DNA from: Felis catus
Taxonomy: Eukaryota
Assembly (NCBI RefSeq): GCF_018350175.1
Contig: NC_058381.1
Coordinates: 39,990,001-40,054,000, forward strand
DNA length: 64,000 bases
Direction of reading: 5' to 3'
Below are positions 11,286-23,882 of this stretch, one piece after another; positions within the stretch are counted from its first letter, which is position 1; each line of letters starts with the position of its first letter. Below the pieces are notes generated by a model. The model saw only the letters and a program-made list of their open reading frames with translations. It was not told the origin of the DNA and did no database searches. The translations under genes were made by a program, and so were the position numbers.

Positions 11286-12197
11286 ATATAGCACATGATT
11301 CCACTGGGCAGGGTCATGGCATGTGTGTATACATATTTAAACATAGAAATATTTATATAAACATGGGAAAAGGTCAGGAATGATATCTATCAATCTAGGG
11401 ATGGGAAGAAAGTCATTAGGGAGACTTTTACTTTATACTTTATGAATTTTCTTCATGTTGGGTTATTAGAAATACTTTTGCCTTCTTTTCAGTGTTTTCA
11501 AATAAAGTCAAGTTTTTTAAAACAAACAGGATATTTGGCTTAGCCAAGAAACACATCTCATGAACTATGGATTCTTGTTATAACCTCTTCCAGATTCTGT
11601 GTGACCCTACCAGGCATGGGGCAAGGCCTCATGATAACAGGCTATTGACTCTCTGGTGCCCTTAGGATGTATTCCAAACTTCTCAACACCCTTCACACAC
11701 CTACTTTCCAACCCCATCTACAGTCACTCTCTCATCTTCCTCATTGCCCTAAGCTCTAGTCCACACTTCTCAGATTCAACCCTTTGCAATTCTGTCCAAT
11801 GCCCTAGAAAACCTATTCCTTATTTTCTACCTCACAAGAACATAGCTCAAATGCCACTCTCTGATAGCTTCTCTTACTCCCTCAAACAGTTATTTGGTGT
11901 TATTTCTTTGATATTCCCATAGAGTTCAATTCATCTTGGCTACAGAGCTGCAACCATGTTGTTCTTGTTTGAATCCTCCACATCTAGCAAAGTCCTTGGC
12001 TCATAGTATATTCTCAATAAAAGGTTTTGGAGCTTGAGAAAACATTAAAATAACTTTAAAGATCTTTTAAGTTGTATTATGATACTAAGTTATAAAATGT
12101 CTGCATAGAAACAATATAATGAAATTTCACTAATTGAAAAATAAGAGAGCAGACTGGCCTAATTTAGCTGGCTAGAACTTTTTAAAATATTGCCTTT

Positions 12198-12429
12198 AGG
12201 GGCACTTTTAGGTGGCATCTTTAGGGATTTAGTTGGTTAAGTGTCTGATTCTTGATTTCAGCTCAGGTCATGATCTCATGGTTCGTAAGATCGAGCCCTG
12301 CACTGGGCTCTGCACTGACAGTGTGGAGCCTGCTTGGGATTCTCTGTCTCTCTCTCTCTCTGTCCCTCCTCTACTCACACTCTATCTCTCTCTCAAAATA
12401 AATAAGTAAATAAATAAACTTAAAAAAAT
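12198..12429 (+). mobile_element. CAN-SINE (older)
   Basis: Diverged head, GATTTCAGCTCAGGTCATGATCTCATGG core, (CT)n and AAATAAAT tail. Confidence 0.88.
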
Positions 12430-13062
12430 ACTACCTTTTAGTTTCTTTCCAATACATTTAAAGTGTAATTAAGAATCATAGCTAAAGAATGCTTCTAAGT
12501 GATAGGATCAAGGCATAGGTACAGAATGATATGATTCACTTGCAGTTAGCATTAAGTAAGTCCACACTGTGTTAAATATATCTTCTGTAATTAAATTCAC
12601 TGTCTCAGTTTGCCTTACAAACAATCATTTTACGGAAGATGCCAAGTTTCAGGTGGGCGCAGGCCAGGAAAAATTAGCCTGCACATGTCACTGATGGAAT
12701 GTGTCCAAATTAGTGATATTTTATTGTGTGGATGTCATAGCAAGAGATTTAAAGGGTGTAGGAGACATTTAGGACATTGTTCTAATCCTTTTCTCATGGT
12801 TCTGGTAATGTGTCAGCCACATAATGGATAATTGCCCCAATACATGACACTCCCAGGAATGTATAATGTCCTTAGAATAGAATTACTTTCCTGAGAGTGA
12901 AAGCGAATCACTGGTCCCATAGTCTTTAATGTTTAGGATGTGCACAGGATCATGTAGGGATTGTGTTGGGGCCTACAAAGCCCCAAGTGACTCACAGTTC
13001 AAATCACAAGAGCAGGCCCATGTTTGCAGACAAGCTACATGTTGGTTAGAAATGTTCTCCTT

Positions 13063-13288
13063 GGGGTGCCTGGGTGGCTCAGCTGGTTAAGCATCCAACT
13101 CTTGGTTTTGGCTCAGGTCACAATCTCACAGTTTGTGGGTTCAAGCCCTGCATTGGGCTGTACTCTGCCGGTGACGAGTCTGCTTGGAATTCTCCCTCTC
13201 TCTCTCTCTCTCTCTCTGCCCCTCCCTTGCTTGCTCTGTCTCTTTCTCTCTCTGTCTCAAAACAAATAAATAAATAAAACTAAAAAAA
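13063..13288 (+). mobile_element. CAN-SINE
   Basis: GGGGTGCCTGGGTGGCTCAGCTGGTTAAG head, (CT)n, A-rich tail; imperfect TSD AAATGTTCT. Confidence 0.92.
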
Positions 13289-13545
13289 ATGTTCTTCTGG
13301 AAAGGTCTTTGTTGGGTTTGGTAGAATCATAAAACTAGAGTCTTGTAGAGCTGTAGATTGTCACTCACTGATGTATGTAGCAAACAGCAGTTGAAAGCTT
13401 CCCTATTCTGTTCCAGGCACTAGGCATGAATGTCCGTACTACTTGTTCTTTAAGACTCAAGTGTCATTACCTCATCCAACAAACTCTGCTTGATACTCTC
13501 CACTCAAACTGCCTTTCCCTCTTCTAATATCCTGGAGGTATCTTT

Positions 13546-13778
13546 AAAAAAAATTTTTTTTAATTTACACTTACTTATTTTTGAGAGACAGAATGAGACA
13601 GAGCATGAGTGTGGGGGGGGGGGGGGCGGGGAAGAGAGAAGAGACACAGAATCTGAAGCAGCCTCCAGGTTCTGAGCAAGCATTCAGCACAGAGCCTGAT
13701 GTGGGGCTCAAACCCAAGAACTGTGAGATCATGACCTGAGCCGAAGTCAGACACTTAACTGACTGCGCCAGGCACCCC
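13546..13778 (-). mobile_element. CAN-SINE
   Basis: Antisense head ending GGCACCCC; TSD CTGGAGGTATCTTT at 13532-13545 and 13778-13791. Confidence 0.92.
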
Positions 13779-14205
13779 TGGAGGTATCTTTTAGCCCCCA
13801 TGCCTAGCTTGCAGCATGGCCAAGAGCTAGTTCCATATACACGTTTGTTAAATAAATCATATAGTCTCCACCTTTGAGAAACTCAGTGTGGACAGAGAAA
13901 GAGATGAATAAAGAGACAGTTCTAGTCCAAAGAAAAATTCTTTATGGAGAACCAAGTGCTCCTGTAGACTGTCTCAGGATAGGAGAAATAACTGTCTAAA
14001 AGTGATGCAGAAAAGGGACATTAGATTTAGACCTCAAAGAGCAAAAGGGGACAGATGGAGAATGAATTTGAGACAGAAATGCTGACGTGTACAAAGGCGC
14101 AGAGACATGGGAGAGCATGGTGTGTTCATGGAGTGGGAAGTGATTTTGGAGAGCTAGAGTTACAGAGGTACTCTAGCATTCCTGTACTTTAAAATAACCT
14201 TAGGA

Positions 14206-14396
14206 TGTGGGGAGCTGACTTTGGCTCAGGTCATGATCTTGTGGTCCGTGGGTTCAAGCCCCATGTCGGGCTTTGTGCTGACAGCTCGGGGCCTGGAACC
14301 TGGTTCAGATTCTGTGTCTCCCTTTCTCTCTGCCCCTTCCCACCCCCCCTCTCTCTCAAAAATAAATAAACATTTTTAAAAATTTTTAAAAAACAT
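14206..14396 (+). mobile_element. 5'-truncated CAN-SINE
   Basis: Core GGCTCAGGTCATGATCTTGTGGTCCGTGGGTTCAAGCCCC; 16-bp TSD TAAAATAACCTTAGGA at 14190-14205 and 14397-14412. Confidence 0.9.
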
Positions 14397-15193
14397 TAAA
14401 ATAACCTTAGGACGTGATGTATACTTTGGAGGATGTTGGAATGTCACAGAGCAACACTGATGGGGCAGGAGACATAGATTTTTCTCTTTAGCTTGAATCA
14501 TGTAAGGGTAAGAAACTGAAGCATGAATGAAATCTGCATATGGTGTATGAATGGCGAATAACTCTTGCCAAAAATTTTCTTCACCCAGTGGCCATTCTCT
14601 TGAAGCTAGGGTGAGTAGAAAAAAATGAAGCATTGCTGGTTCATTAAAGACTCAAAGAGATGAGTTTTCTTTGTGTTATCTGATGCTTTTTTGTTGTTAA
14701 AATAAGTTTAGAAATTCTGTTATGTAGTGATCCAGGTCTAAATTCTTGTCTGTATCTGTATACAAAATCAGTTATTCAGGAGCTAGTTATAAACACAGGA
14801 GAAGTAAGTCCGTCTTATTTCTGTGATGAGAAAAGTGAATATAGAATTAAAAAATGGGATAATCAATAGAAGAGAAAAATCTAAGAAAATGTCATCAGTA
14901 AAAACTGAGAATTAAGATGATCTACTCAGAGTCATATAACCTTGGCCAATAACATCTTTCTTACTGAGTGATGGGAGATAGTGTTGAATGCCTGGTAGTC
15001 ACTTACAGAGTGCCTCATGCAGAGTGATGGTCTTAGGGAAAATGTGGGAGAGAAATCAGAAACTAGACACACAGCCATCGCAACTAATTTGAGTAACATC
15101 ACCCAGGACTCTGTGTCCTGGTGCCTTGCATAAAAGAAGCTTTTGATTCTGTAATGATGTTGATGGGGAAGGTGCAAGTGTGGGATAGGGCAT

Positions 15194-15405
15194 TCAGCAA
15201 CAAGAGGATCCATAGCAGCGAGGGCAGCAGCAGGTGGTATGGAAACAAGTGATCTGGTGGCGTCTGGGTATCCAGCAGCTAGGGTGGTAGCGACTGGACA
15301 TATCACATTTAGGGTGGCAGTAGCTGGGGCACCAAGAGGTCCCCTGGCAGAGGCTGTGCCACAGCCCCGGTCAGAGCAGATGGAACCAGAATAGGAGCTG
15401 ACCGT
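15194..15405 (-). pseudogene. KRTAP4-family pseudogene (start ATG>ACG, frameshift)
   Basis: Minus strand reads ACACC-ACG GTC AGC TCC TAT TCT GGT TCC ATC TGC TCT GAC CGG GGC TGT GGC (xVSSYSGSICSDRGCG), then shifts frame; ends TGC TAT GGA TCC TCT TGT TGC TGA (CYGSSCC*), like the gene at 8621. Confidence 0.88.
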
Positions 15406-16576
15406 GGTGTCAAATGGTGGAGGTTCTGGGTAGGTTTCCAGATGAGTGAGTTCCTGAGTTTGGTTATCTCCTTCCACAGTGTCCTCTTTGTACTCAGCTG
15501 AGATGCTGCTCCTCAAAAATAAAACTCAACCAGAATCTCCAACCTAACTTTCCTTACTCTCTTTCCCATAAATACATTTCACCCACCATACTAACTTATT
15601 TCCTATGGCATTTGTTGTTTCACCCAGGAATCTCTGGCTCTTGTCTCCTCATTGTCCCAATCCATGAATTAATATTGATATACTTCTACTCCTTAACTGG
15701 TTATACTGTTTTCCTGATACTTTTAAAGTAAAGATTGCCTTCATAAGAATACAGACACTCTGCTTTTACCCAGTTCTCTCCTTCACTTTGTCTTGTCTTA
15801 CGTGTTTGTGAGCTGTATGCCTTCTCCTGAGTTTTCAAACTTGACACATTTTATTTCTAGGAATCAATCCTTATTTATTGTTCTTCTCCAGTATCACCAA
15901 CACACTCTACTGGCACGTATCTTCCTATTAAATTCAAGATTCCATTGTGAGTTCCATGAGGGGTGAGAACTGGGTCTCATCCCACATGTGTACTTCCCAG
16001 AACCCAATAGCACAAGGACCTTGCTAGGTGGCCTAAAATTCAATTATAGTAAAAAGGACATTCTTGTTTTCTCTTGATAAACTTGATGGGAGAGAGGTGG
16101 ACAGTCCGGTTTGGGGAAAATTTAATTATTTGCATTTTCTCTAATGTAGGCTTTGATTGATATGTGCAAAATCAGTTTTCTTTGTAGGGCAGAAACCCAA
16201 ACTTATCTTCAGTTCATAATCAACATTAAAAAATAATTAAGGACCACAAATGTTTCTGACACAGAGTAAGCATTTATTGAGACATAATTATTCTATCTCA
16301 CATAATTCGTTGCAAAGGCCAAGCATGCACAACAATCATAAGATTAGGAACCTGTCCCCATGAAGTAAGGTAGATATTTGACTGAATGTCAAGGTAATAG
16401 GCATAGAACTTGGAGGGTTTGCATGGTATTTAGTTGCTTGGTGGCATGACCAATAAGATAAATAAATACAGTGACAGATCAGAACATGGCCAGATGCTGT
16501 GGACAAAAGAAATGAGAATAAGATGAGTACATTGGCATGATGGTGCTCAACTCAGGGCTGGTGGTGAGGAGCAAAG

Positions 16577-16799
16577 TCAACAATAAGAGGATCCACAGCA
16601 AACAGGGCAACAGCAGGTCATATGGCCCCAGGGGGCCCCAGGGAGTCTGACAGCCTGCTGAGTGGAAGCAGCTGGAGTCATAGCAGGAAAGGTGGCAGCA
16701 GCTGGACACATAGCAGCTGGGTCAGCAGCAGGTCTCCTGGTAGAGGCCATGGCCAAAGCCCTTGTCAGAGCAGACAGAGCTACAACAGGAGCTGACCCT
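16577..16799 (-). pseudogene. KRTAP4-family pseudogene (start ATG>AGG, internal TGA)
   Basis: AGG GTC AGC TCC TGT TGT AGC TCT GTC TGC TCT GAC AAG GGC ... GAG ACC TGC TGC TGA; ends TGC TGT GGA TCC TCT TAT TGT TGA. Confidence 0.88.
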
Positions 16800-16919
16800 G
16801 GTATGAAACGGTGGATGTTCTGTGTGGGCCTCCAGGACAATGAGATTCTCAAGTGGAAATCTTCTTCTCCCAACTCTACTGAAGAGCTGTCATCATCACG
16901 TCCAGGGTTATTTTCTTGC

Positions 16920-17148
16920 NNNNNNNNNNNNNNNNNNNNNNNNNNNNNNNNNNNNNNNNNNNNNNNNNNNNNNNNNNNNNNNNNNNNNNNNNNNNNNNNN
17001 NNNNNNNNNNNNNNNNNNNNNNNNNNNNNNNNNNNNNNNNNNNNNNNNNNNNNNNNNNNNNNNNNNNNNNNNNNNNNNNNNNNNNNNNNNNNNNNNNNNN
17101 NNNNNNNNNNNNNNNNNNNNNNNNNNNNNNNNNNNNNNNNNNNNNNNN
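16920..17148. other. N block (229 nt), probably covering the tail of the adjacent SINE
   Basis: The N run directly adjoins an antisense SINE body. Confidence 0.9.
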
Positions 17149-17258
17149 TTGAGCTGTGGTCAGCTGAGAGCCTGATGCTGGGCTCGAACCCATGCACCAT
17201 GAGATCATGACCTGAGCTGGAGTCAGATGCTTACCTGACTGAGCCACCCAGGTACCCC
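17149..17258 (-). mobile_element. CAN-SINE (visible 5' half)
   Basis: ...GAGATCATGACCTGAGCTGGAGTCAGATGCTTACCTGACTGAGCCACCCAGGTACCCC. Confidence 0.9.
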
Positions 17259-17351
17259 TTGTTTACCATGTTTAAAGAGAACTTATCAGACATTGTGATT
17301 GTGGCATGACTCTCATGCAGAGGTCACTTTGCATTTAAAATGGATGCTTAT

Positions 17352-17547
17352 GGGGAGCTTAGGTGGCTCAGTCAGTTGAACGACTGACTCTTGATCTCAG
17401 CTCAGGTCATGATCCCAGGGTTGTGGGATCAAGCCCTGCATTGGGCTCCACACCGAGAGTGGAGCCTGCTTAAGATTCTCTCTCTTCCTCTGTCCCTCTT
17501 CCCTGCCCACTCTCTTAAAAACAATAATAATAAATTTTAAAAAGTAG
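17352..17547 (+). mobile_element. CAN-SINE
   Basis: GGGGAGCTTAGGTGGCTCAGTCAGTTGAAC head; TSD AATGGATGCTTA at 17339-17350 and 17548-17559. Confidence 0.9.
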
Positions 17548-18559
17548 AATGGATGCTTACACAGTTTTCATGTAATTTATCCCTAAAAGCATCACTTGCC
17601 TTTTTTTTCTGTTTCAGCATCATCTCATCTGTTTGTCTTATCCTTTTAATATGTATCATTGGATATTCTGAGCATACTTGGAGTCACTCTTTGGCCTTCC
17701 AATCATTTAACCTCTTATATCCAAAAGAGACACAGAACCACATTTCCTCCTATCAGGACAACACTTAAAACAGACACAAACATGGATATGCTATTGCACA
17801 AAAAAAAAAAGGAAAAGGAAAAAGAAAAAGAAAATGAGACCCCACTCCATTGTAGCACCATGGCTGGTGGTAAAACCAGCCCAGCACACCTGTAACTTAG
17901 TGAAGAAGCTAAGAAATACAACTGGGTTTAAGGCATGTGGCTTCAAGTTTATCTCATTCAAAATTGAATTGGTCATTCTCTCACTTTTTCTAAACCAACA
18001 CCCCAATTATCCAGTCCTATTACAAATTACTTATTTTTGGTCCAAGTTTTCAAGCTAATAAAGTTACTAGAGTTCTCCTTTCTTCAAATGATCGTGTATT
18101 GATTCTCTCTATGCTGGAGCCATTCTCAGGACATAGACACAGAAGCAAATAATATCCACCCCATCCTTTTGCCACTAGGACTCCATTCTGACTTGCTGAA
18201 CAACAGCAGATTATTTGACAGGGTGGATTGGTAAGGCCATTACCCATATGCTGGGTCTGCAAACAGGAGGTTTATACACCTTCATCCACATTTATCCACC
18301 TTTATCCGCTTCAGCAACATATGCCAGCAACAGAGGCACCTGCAGATGCATCCAAAATACTAGCCTTGGTTAAGTCAGAGCAAATGAAGCTGCATCAAGA
18401 GCCACATTGTTGCCACTGAAAGGAAAAGTCTCTTTTCTTTAAAAGGTTACAAGTGTAGAAATTGCGAAGTGTCCAAAATATTGTGCGCTTACTCTGCTTT
18501 GCTCCATTTATACACAGGATGGAGTAATTGTCCCTTTTGTTCCTGCATGAATACATCTT

Positions 18560-19471
18560 ATGTTTATTTTAATTTTTTATTGAAGTATGATTAACATACA
18601 TTGTTATATTAGTCTCAAGTGTACAATATGATGTTTCAACAATTCTATACATTATTCAGTGCTAATCACGGTAAATGTACTCTTTTTAATTTTTAAAAAA
18701 ATTTTATTATTTTTTGTTTTTAGAGAGAGTGCAAGCTGGGGAGAGGCGCAATGGGAGAGAGAGAATCTTAAGCAGGCTCCACCCTCAGCACAGAGCCCAA
18801 CATGACCCTGGGATCATGACCTGAGCTGAAGTTGAGTTGGATGCTCAACCCAACTGAGCCACCCAGGCACCCCACGGTAAATTTACTCTTAATCCACTTT
18901 ATCTATTTCACCCACATCCCCATCCACTTCCCCTCTGGAAAGTGCCACTTTGTTCTCTGTATTTAAGGGTCTGTTTTTTCATTTGTCTCTTTTTTTCCTT
19001 TATTCATTTGTTTGTATCTTTTATTCCATATGTCAGTGAAATCATATGGTTTTTGTCTTTCTCTATCTGATTTACTTCATTTACCATTACATCCTCTAAA
19101 TCCATCCATGTCGTTGAAGATGGCAAGATCTTGTTCTTTTTTCTGGCTGAGTAATATTCCATGTTTTAAACATACCACATCTTCCTTATTCATTCATCTA
19201 TTGGCGGACACTTGGGATGCCTCCATATTTTGGCTGTTGTAAATAATGGTGCGATAAGTATAAGGGTGCATATATCTTCTCAAGTTAGTGTTTTCATATT
19301 CTCTGGGTAAATACTCAGTAGTGGAATTACTAGATCATATGGTAATTCTATTTTTAATTTTTTTGATGAGCCTCCATACTGTTTTCCACGGGGGTTGCAC
19401 CAATTTGCATTCCCACCAGTAGTGCATGAGGGTTCTTTTTCTCCACATCCTCACCATCACTTGTTATATAT
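18560..19471 (-). mobile_element. LINE-1 3' end, split by a SINE and running into an N block
   Basis: Starts with the antisense poly-A/L1 terminus TTTTTTATTGAAGTATGATTAACATAC and continues with classic L1 3' text to CTCCACATCCTCACCATCACTTG. Confidence 0.88.
18685..18872 (-). mobile_element. CAN-SINE nested in L1
   Basis: Antisense head ...GAGCCACCCAGGCACCCC; TSD CACGGTAAAT(G/T)TACTCTT with one mismatch. Confidence 0.9.
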
Positions 19472-19618
19472 NNNNNNNNNNNNNNNNNNNNNNNNNNNNN
19501 NNNNNNNNNNNNNNNNNNNNNNNNNNNNNNNNNNNNNNNNNNNNNNNNNNNNNNNNNNNNNNNNNNNNNNNNNNNNNNNNNNNNNNNNNNNNNNNNNNNN
19601 NNNNNNNNNNNNNNNNNN
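19472..19618. other. N block (147 nt)
   Basis: Run of N in the sequence. Confidence 0.97.
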
Positions 19619-20397
19619 GCATTTGTTCTTTTAAACTGCACTTCAAAGCAAATATTATAGTTGTCAAAGTTCTTTGAAACCTTTCTCTTTACCATTAAAT
19701 GTAAATATACTATCTGCAGAGAAAGCTTTTTTATCAGCTCTGTCAACAGATTTGCAGCTCAGCATGTAAAAGACTGTCAGTTATACTCAATTCAGTCCCC
19801 TGATGCAGGAAACAAGATACCTAATGAAGTTGCTTGCTACTAATACATTTATCAATTACTGAATTTTGTGACACAGATGTACATCTTGTGAAAATATGGC
19901 TTTAGTTAAAAATGTGTTAAAGTATGTTTTGAAATCATCACCTTTGTTTCATCTATTATCAGAAGTATATCCCTAAATAGTTAGTGCCAAAGGAAAAAAA
20001 GTAGGTGGTGACAGTGGTTCTGACTTCTCCACATTAGCTTGAATTGTCAGGTGACCAGAGGATGTATTCTGTCTTAAAAAATAGTGATTCATAATTAAAT
20101 GATGCTGTTATTGCCTACTGCCTCTTCCACTTCTGAAAATAAGTTCCTAAGGATTATCAATTAACTAGGGGAACAGTCCTACCCTTTACATTCAGAAGTT
20201 CATAATCTTTAAGGGACTCTTTCTCCTTGGGTAATTCTCCATGTATCTAGAAAAATATATTATAAATGATACCAGGAAAATTCTGATCATTGGTTCCAAA
20301 TTTGGAACCAGTGTATGAAAGGCCTAGTGGAGAAGATAATTTCAGTGGCTTAAAAATTTATCTCTGCTCAGAAACCCAACTCTGCACATCTGAGACC

Positions 20398-20650
20398 ATG
20401 ATCTACTCTGGCTGCAGCTCCTGCTGCCAGCCTTTGTGCTACAGGACCACCTTCTGTTGGACCAGTGGCTGCAGACAAACTGTTGCGGGGCCAGCTGCAG
20501 TGGACAAATCCACAGTGGGGCCAGCTGCCATGGAGCCAGCTGCTGCCAGCCTTGTTGCCACCCGACCTGCTGCAACACCACCTTCTATAGGACCTCCTGC
20601 TGTCACATATGCTGTGTGTCCAAACCTACTGCCAGCCTTCCTGCTGCTAA
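20398..20650 (+). pseudogene. KRTAP9-like pseudogene (two frameshifts); gene of the decayed unit 0 of the array
   Basis: GAGACCATG ATC TAC TCT GGC TGC AGC TCC TGC TGC CAG CCT (MIYSGCSSCCQP); KAP-like text continues in a second frame (GASCCQPCCHPTCC) and ends CAG CCT TCC TGC TGC TAA in the third. The 3' flank, including AATAAA at 21083-21088, is homologous to the array units. Confidence 0.85.
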
Positions 20651-22393
20651 TTGCTTTGCCAAGAGGCACCATCTGCATAAAACACCAATTTGTCATTTGG
20701 GAAACAAAGTCACTGCCAATATTGCTGAAAGCCTGTGCACAGTCAACAACATTACAGGCTTGTGAATCACCTTGAGGAAGTGTGGACCATTTCTAGCTGA
20801 GTCTCATCTTCCTTCATCTTTGGATCATGTGCCAGCTTCATGCATACTGATATGGAGTCATGACCTCTGCCTTGACTCCACAGTCAAGATTGTCACCCTC
20901 TCCCTTTCAATAACATAGAGAAAGAAATTCTAGTGACTCACACATAGGTGTCTACAACTACTCAAAGTCTTCAAATCATGTTTCCTTTTTCAGTGTACTC
21001 ATGGTTCTTATATCCTTCTTTCTTCTTCTCGTGATCCATGTAAATGTCTCCTGAGACACAGGGAGTCTCACCTTTATTTCTCAATAAAGCCTGTACCATT
21101 TGCGTCCCATATGATGTTCATTTCTTTGTACAGTGTTCCCAGTGTAGGTATTTGTACACAGGATACATACCAAATGCAGTACCCATTTGGAGCCTCATAC
21201 AGTGTCTCACAAATTATTATCTTCATTTTCATATGAATAAACTTCCAGTGGCCTGTCTTAAGCTGATATACACAGACTCAGAACCCAGACTGTGTCTCCT
21301 GCCCTTGATGAAGCGCACATATGTTCATTCTCTCCAGATGAGTTAGAAAGCACCCTGAGTCTCAAGAGTAGCAAGATGTTCATTTGAGTGTCTTCTTTGG
21401 CCAAGGAAGTAATATTCTCTTGTGTATGCAAGTGACATCTGGGAATAACTTGTGGATATCAATGTCCAACAATTCAGCTGACAGTAGCCACATGTGGGAG
21501 CAGCAGGACCTGCCCTTTGAAGCTCTTGTGAACGTAGGAGTTTTGTTACTTTAGACTCCTAGCTCCTCAGCACTCCTCTGCATCAGACACAGGCGACATG
21601 CAGTGTTCCCACAAGAAACACATGGAGCTGACCACATTGTATTTGGTTCTTGGGAATCACATTCTTGCTTGGCTTCCTGGTCCTCGGCGCATATTAGCAG
21701 AGTAAAAAAGAGTCGGGTAGTTTTGCCAAACCTATTTATCTCCCCAACTGTAAGGTGGTTTGTCATCATGATCAAAGTGTTACCAAGGCAATTAAAGAAG
21801 AATGATGTCAGGGACTGAGAGATCATGCAATGGGCATGTATGACTTTGAGTAATTCATAACTTCTGAACCATCAAAGGCAAAGGAACTCCCTCCGGATTT
21901 TGTGAAGGAACTGTGAACAACAGAGGGGGAAAAATGCTGCCTGCTCTGTGGGGGTGAGGAGAATGTGAGGAAAAAAAAAGAGACAACAACGTGGGCATTC
22001 CTATGAGTCAAGAACGAAGCCTGCTGCTTCTGGTCCTGAACTACTGGTGCCAACTCAGCATTCAGGGCTATGAGGCCGATTCAGGCTCTGAGAGGAATAG
22101 GAGACAGGGCCCAGGGTCCCTTCCTGGGAGCAGTGGAGGGACCTCTGATGAGCTTCGAAGGCCCCTATGCAGGACACATGCCACCATTGGAGACTAGGTA
22201 CCCAGGATGCTCTGGAGAGACTGCCAAGGCCAAACGTGCCTACCGCTGCTGGTTCTCAAGAGCGCCGTGTTGGCAAACTGAGATGAAAACCTGACGCGAC
22301 CCATGTTTCCGAATATTTGCTGGATGTTGACTAAATCCTTCATGAGCATTCCCTTCAATTCTTGGAGGGATTTGCAAAGTAGGTATTAAGGTT

Positions 22394-22437
22394 CCCATTG
22401 TAGAGGTGAGGAAATTGAGACTGAGTGGGGTAAAGGA
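22394..22437. mobile_element. MIR core fragment (present once per array unit)
   Basis: CCCATTGTAGAGGTGAGGAAATTGAGACTGAG resembles the MIR core CCCATTTTACAGATGAGGAAACTGAGGCTCAG. Confidence 0.55.
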
Positions 22438-22939
22438 AGGTCAGAGTTTTGTTTCTTTCAGAAGCTACTTGGAAGAAAAATGTCTAGGAATGTGGTTTTG
22501 CAGGGAGGTCATATTGCACTGGTCTGAGTGTAGGTAAGTGTCAAGGGAAAAAGCACTTTGAAGCCAGAATCACAGGTTGCAACTAAAGCTTTAACCGGAA
22601 AGATATATCAGAAATGATGTCTCACACATATACAGACACAGACACAGATACTGAGACTCTCCTATATCAGCAATCAGAGAGCTGGAATCTTTATAAACCA
22701 GGTCTCCAGAAGCACAGATGGAGGGTTCTTTCTCTGAGTGGCATACTCAGGCAGCTTGACATTCTGCTATGCATGAAGAGCCCTTAGGCAAGGATTAGGA
22801 GTCAGGGCATACCTAGGGCTGGTGAATTCAAGACATCATTGACAATCCATGGTTATTAACGTTCAACCCAATATTTTATAAACTGGCTTGGTGGATAGAC
22901 AAAGTAATTGGAAGAAACAGAAGAAGATGGTGGAATATG

Positions 22940-23180
22940 AATGGGGGGATGAGAGGAAGTAGGAATAAAAGGAGAAGGGAGGGAGGAAAAAGAAAGCATA
23001 GAAGGAAGGGGGGAGGGAGGAAGAGAGGGAGACAGGGGAAGAGAAGAAAGAAACTAAGGAATGAAGGGAAGGAAGGAAGGCAAGAAGGCACGGTGCGAGG
23101 AAGGGATGGACAGGCATGCAGGGAGGAAGGGAGAAAGGCAGAAAAAGAAAGACAGCCTGACAGAAAAAAGAAAGAGCAAC
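22940..23180 (+). repeat. GA-rich polypurine low-complexity tract (one per unit)
   Basis: Almost pure A/G with GGAA repeats. Homologues at ~26880-27150, ~30860-31120, ~34890-35135 and in each later unit. Confidence 0.9.
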
Positions 23181-23882
23181 CATAAATAAAGATGTAATGA
23201 GCTACGTGAGGACACTGATGAGGCTAGCTAACAAGGTTAGGACTAGAGTCCCCAACTCACCTGGTTTTGCCCATCCTTCCCCCTTACTGCCCCTGAAAGC
23301 CCCACATCCTGTGAAAGCATTCGATCCTAGGTAAATAGAGAGTACTGGTCAATCCCCCACCTGCTTTGCTTCTGCCTGGCCATGTAGCAGAGAAAACCCC
23401 AGATATCGGCTATACAAGGGTCTTTGATTGAACTGAGATACACAGGTGGGGTTGGGTGCTTCAGGCGACCTATATGCCTATGGGAGTCTTGAATCCGAAT
23501 TCTGTCGGGAAAACTACCTGGGCCCTGGGATCTACCACATTTGTCCCAAGGACATATCAGCATCATGCCCGTCACCTCAGAGATACTCGCAATCCACATA
23601 CACTCTAAGGGCAAAGACTGGGGAGGGAAAACTGCTGTGACCCTAGCCACCCCAGCAGAACGTGATCACACGATGGATGCCATGATCACTGAAACAAGAA
23701 CGATGCTGCTGATGGGCCCACCTTCCTCTCGTTGGAAAATGTTGCTGTGAGTTATTCTCAAATAGGAAACCATTAATCACATATTTGTAACGATTCCTAA
23801 CATTTAGGAAACAACTTCCTCATTTATGATTCCCCAGTGACTACAGAAAATGATGTAAACACCAACAAGGAAAGTCCTGCCC

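Noticed and set aside
7587-19746. ORFs containing long X runs
   Set aside because: Artefacts of N blocks hiding stop codons.
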